Origin: Nitrosopumilus sp.
Lineage (GTDB): Archaea; Thermoproteota; Nitrososphaeria; Nitrososphaerales; Nitrosopumilaceae
DNA length: 64,000 nt
Direction of reading: 5' to 3'
Assembly (NCBI GenBank): GCA_965238275.1
Contig: OZ250186.1
Coordinates: 1,760,001-1,824,000 of the forward strand
Positions 61,561-64,000 of the stretch are shown here, piece after piece. Position 1 is the stretch's first letter, and every line of letters begins with the position of its first letter. Made by a program: the position numbers and the translations under genes. The notes under the pieces were generated by a model. That model was given only the letters and a program-made list of their open reading frames with translations, made no database searches and was not told the DNA's origin.

Positions 61561-63161
61561 TAGTGAAAAGCGAAAGTTCGTGCAATTTTTTGAGATCCTT
61601 TTTAAGAAAATAAATCCCAACTACAGAGACATAATCCGTAATAGGCAGTTTTGGGTCATTTCGTGCCTAGCATCTATTCCCACTTTGTGCCTAACGACTA
61701 ATTACGGATTACGTCTCAGGTATGATTGTCAGTAAAATCATCAAGATAACACAATCTCGGGAACTGTCACGCAAGATCGTGAAATGCTCCCGGGAAACAG
61801 ACATCATTTACGACATGACAATCATGATGAAACTTGCACACTCACGGATCACACAGTTTGATGTCAACAACCTGATAACAGGATGGCGCAGGGAATTCAA
61901 CCTGACCAACAGCGTCCGCATGCATGAGGCCGCCTCAAAACAGGCTTTCCAGGCGGCAGTCAAATTCCGCAAGGCAAACCGGCTCAAGCACAACAAGCGC
62001 ATCTGGCGCAAGAAGCAGATCAAGCTGGGGAAAAAGAAGACGTACAAGCACAATCGGTGGACCGAGCCGTCCAGCCTGATGAGGCGCGGCAGGAAAACAA
62101 CCAGGCTGCGCTCGCTGAATTCACGCGGAAAGCCAAAACTGCGAGACAGTGGGGCGGTATTTCTGCCCGGACTCGGGGAAGCAAGGCCACGCACGAAGGT
62201 TCCAGAAGGCAGGCTCGTGTCGTTCCAGATGATTGACGCCACAGGCAAGGTCACGCGTAAGACCAAGGATGGTGATCGCGAATTCAAACTGCATTTGCAG
62301 ATAGAAGTCCCAGACCCCGAACCCGCGACAGGCGGTGGCCGCGGATGCAAGGCAGGGCTGGATCTTGGAGTCAGGCACCTTGCGGCAGTCGCAGACGAGC
62401 ATGGGAACGAAAAACTGCACAATGTCCCCGGAGGCTGCAAGAGGCATGACGGCGACAGGATTGATCAGCTGAAATCACTTAGATCAAGATGCCAGGCAGG
62501 CTCCAGAAGATGGAAAGAGATCGGCCGCAAGGTAACGCATGAATTGAAAAAGATATCAAACAGGCAAAAACACAACGAGATCGACATTGCCAGGCGGATA
62601 ACAAAAGGACTGTCCGTATTGTTCCTGGAAGACCTGGATTTGACCAAGATGAGGCGATCCTGCGGGGCGGCTTCAAAGACGGGGTTGAACCGCGAGATGG
62701 CCTATTCCAGAATGGGCGAGTTCAGGATCCAGCTTGAATGGCAGATGAAAAAGAAAGGCGGAATTTCAAGACGCGTGGAACACGCACATACAAGCCAGAG
62801 GTGCGCTGCCTGCGGGGTAGTGGACAAGAAATCCAGGAACGGCGAATCATTTGTCTGCGTCTCATGCGGATGGTGCCACCATGCCGACAAGAACGCGGCA
62901 AAAAACATTTTGGATAATGACTGTCTCCATACGGAGGAGACTGGCGGCCAAGCCCACGGGAATCGTGGAGGCACCATTGCAGGTGTCGAGGTCGTCACAA
63001 GGCGCGAGGATCACGGATCGGATGGTTCTGGAATGAACAATTCGACAGGTCGGCTTGGACCCGGCAACGACGACAATATTGGAAGGTCTGACAGAGCGCC
63101 GGAAAGAGCATCAGGACACGCTACAGAGAGATCTGTTTGCACGAACTTTCGCTCGCCGCTA
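61561..63161 (+). mobile_element. TnpB-only TIR element, copy 2
   Basis: Same TIRs as copy 1; TA at 61559-60 and 63162-63; empty site reconstructs to GCTAG. Confidence 0.9.
61627..61716. mobile_element. 90-bp MITE inserted upstream of tnpB
   Basis: Absent from copy 1; inverted ends AGAC(A/G)TAATCCGTAAT; CAG duplicated at 61624-26 and 61717-19. Confidence 0.85.
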
Positions 63162-63164
63162 TAG
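61722..63164 (+). CDS. tnpB: RNA-guided endonuclease TnpB
   Basis: Near-identical to 19878 copy; D/E/D intact; stop TAG formed by the target site. Confidence 0.93.
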   Translation: MIVSKIIKITQSRELSRKIVKCSRETDIIYDMTIMMKLAHSRITQFDVNNLITGWRREFNLTNSVRMHEAASKQAFQAAVKFRKANRLKHNKRIWRKKQIKLGKKKTYKHNRWTEPSSLMRRGRKTTRLRSLNSRGKPKLRDSGAVFLPGLGEARPRTKVPEGRLVSFQMIDATGKVTRKTKDGDREFKLHLQIEVPDPEPATGGGRGCKAGLDLGVRHLAAVADEHGNEKLHNVPGGCKRHDGDRIDQLKSLRSRCQAGSRRWKEIGRKVTHELKKISNRQKHNEIDIARRITKGLSVLFLEDLDLTKMRRSCGAASKTGLNREMAYSRMGEFRIQLEWQMKKKGGISRRVEHAHTSQRCAACGVVDKKSRNGESFVCVSCGWCHHADKNAAKNILDNDCLHTEETGGQAHGNRGGTIAGVEVVTRREDHGSDGSGMNNSTGRLGPGNDDNIGRSDRAPERASGHATERSVCTNFRSPL

Positions 63165-63327
63165 TCCTTATTTTTAACCATCAGTAAGCCACATGCTCGG
63201 CCCCCCCCCCAAAGTCGGACACGGCTATTTGCAGGATTCATGCCTGACAGATGCTGTACATGCAATCACGCGTCGTGATCCGTCCGGAATTCGAAACCGT
63301 TAATTTGGCAGTAATGCAACAGAGCAC

Positions 63328-63798
63328 ATGTCATTTGAGATTGACTGGCGAAGTGATTTTTACGGAATCTCATGGGCGTACGAGAAGAGCAGGTTGGTGG
63401 TATCGACGATATTTGAGGACAAGAAGAATGCAGTGGAAGTTGCGATGGACATAGACAGCTGGAGTGACAAGTTCACGCGGATGACAATAATAGAGAGGGA
63501 CAACGGCGAATTTGCAATCTGTTGCTATCAGGACCCCCAGGTAGCAAAGGGCAAAAACCCCATAGGGCTGTTCAGGACAGGAATGATACAGAGCGGCGGA
63601 TACGAACAGGCAAAGCCCATGATTGAGGAGAGGTCCCCCCTGCTACAGATTGCATACGCAGCAGATGTCAGGGATATGAGTACATACGAGCAGATCTCCA
63701 GGCTGGTGCCCATAAGAAAGTGCAGGATAATCTCTGAAAAGGATTTGAAACGGCAGGAATACTATTACGAAAAGGGCGCGTGTGAAAAATCAGCATAG
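63328..63798 (+). CDS. Hypothetical protein
   Basis: Clean 156-aa ORF. Confidence 0.65.
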   Translation: MSFEIDWRSDFYGISWAYEKSRLVVSTIFEDKKNAVEVAMDIDSWSDKFTRMTIIERDNGEFAICCYQDPQVAKGKNPIGLFRTGMIQSGGYEQAKPMIEERSPLLQIAYAADVRDMSTYEQISRLVPIRKCRIISEKDLKRQEYYYEKGACEKSA

Positions 63799-64000
63799 GC
63801 TGCATGATCACGGCGACGCAGCTGCCTTTCAGGATGCTGCGGCGCGCCACCACGCCTGCACTCCAACGGGAGGCATGCCCGCCTGACTGCATTGGCATGC
63901 CGTGCTTGGGTTGTAAAGCCAGTCATCATCCAAACCCAATACTTTAATTGAACTTGCAGGACAATGCAATAATGAATTATGACAACCTTTTAAAGAGAAT

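Overview
Archaeal chromosomal DNA, most consistent with a Nitrosopumilaceae (Thaumarchaeota) genome and probably a host-associated, IS-rich lineage (inference from gene content, CFI-box-CTERM-type proteins, a Liv transporter and IS load). It opens with the rpl22-rpl6 ribosomal protein operon and tRNA-Asn. Core genes (purC, tRNA-Phe, PduO-type adenosyltransferase, aRF1, HIT, ilvD, XPD/DinG-like helicase) then alternate with accessory DNA: a split livKHMGF system with several binding proteins, repeat-rich surface proteins, a RelE-type toxin-antitoxin pair bracketed by inverted repeats, an island of three unknown paralogs plus a SWIM protein, and many IS elements (IS3, three IS66-type, IS5, ISH3-like, remnants). 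The most notable object is a ~1.5-kb element present twice (19810-21323; 61561-63161). It encodes only a TnpB with intact catalytic motifs, yet has IS630/Tc1-mariner-type ends: 25-bp terminal inverted repeats, TA target duplication at CTAG/CTAC, and a stop codon supplied by the target. One copy carries a nested 90-bp MITE just upstream of the start codon.
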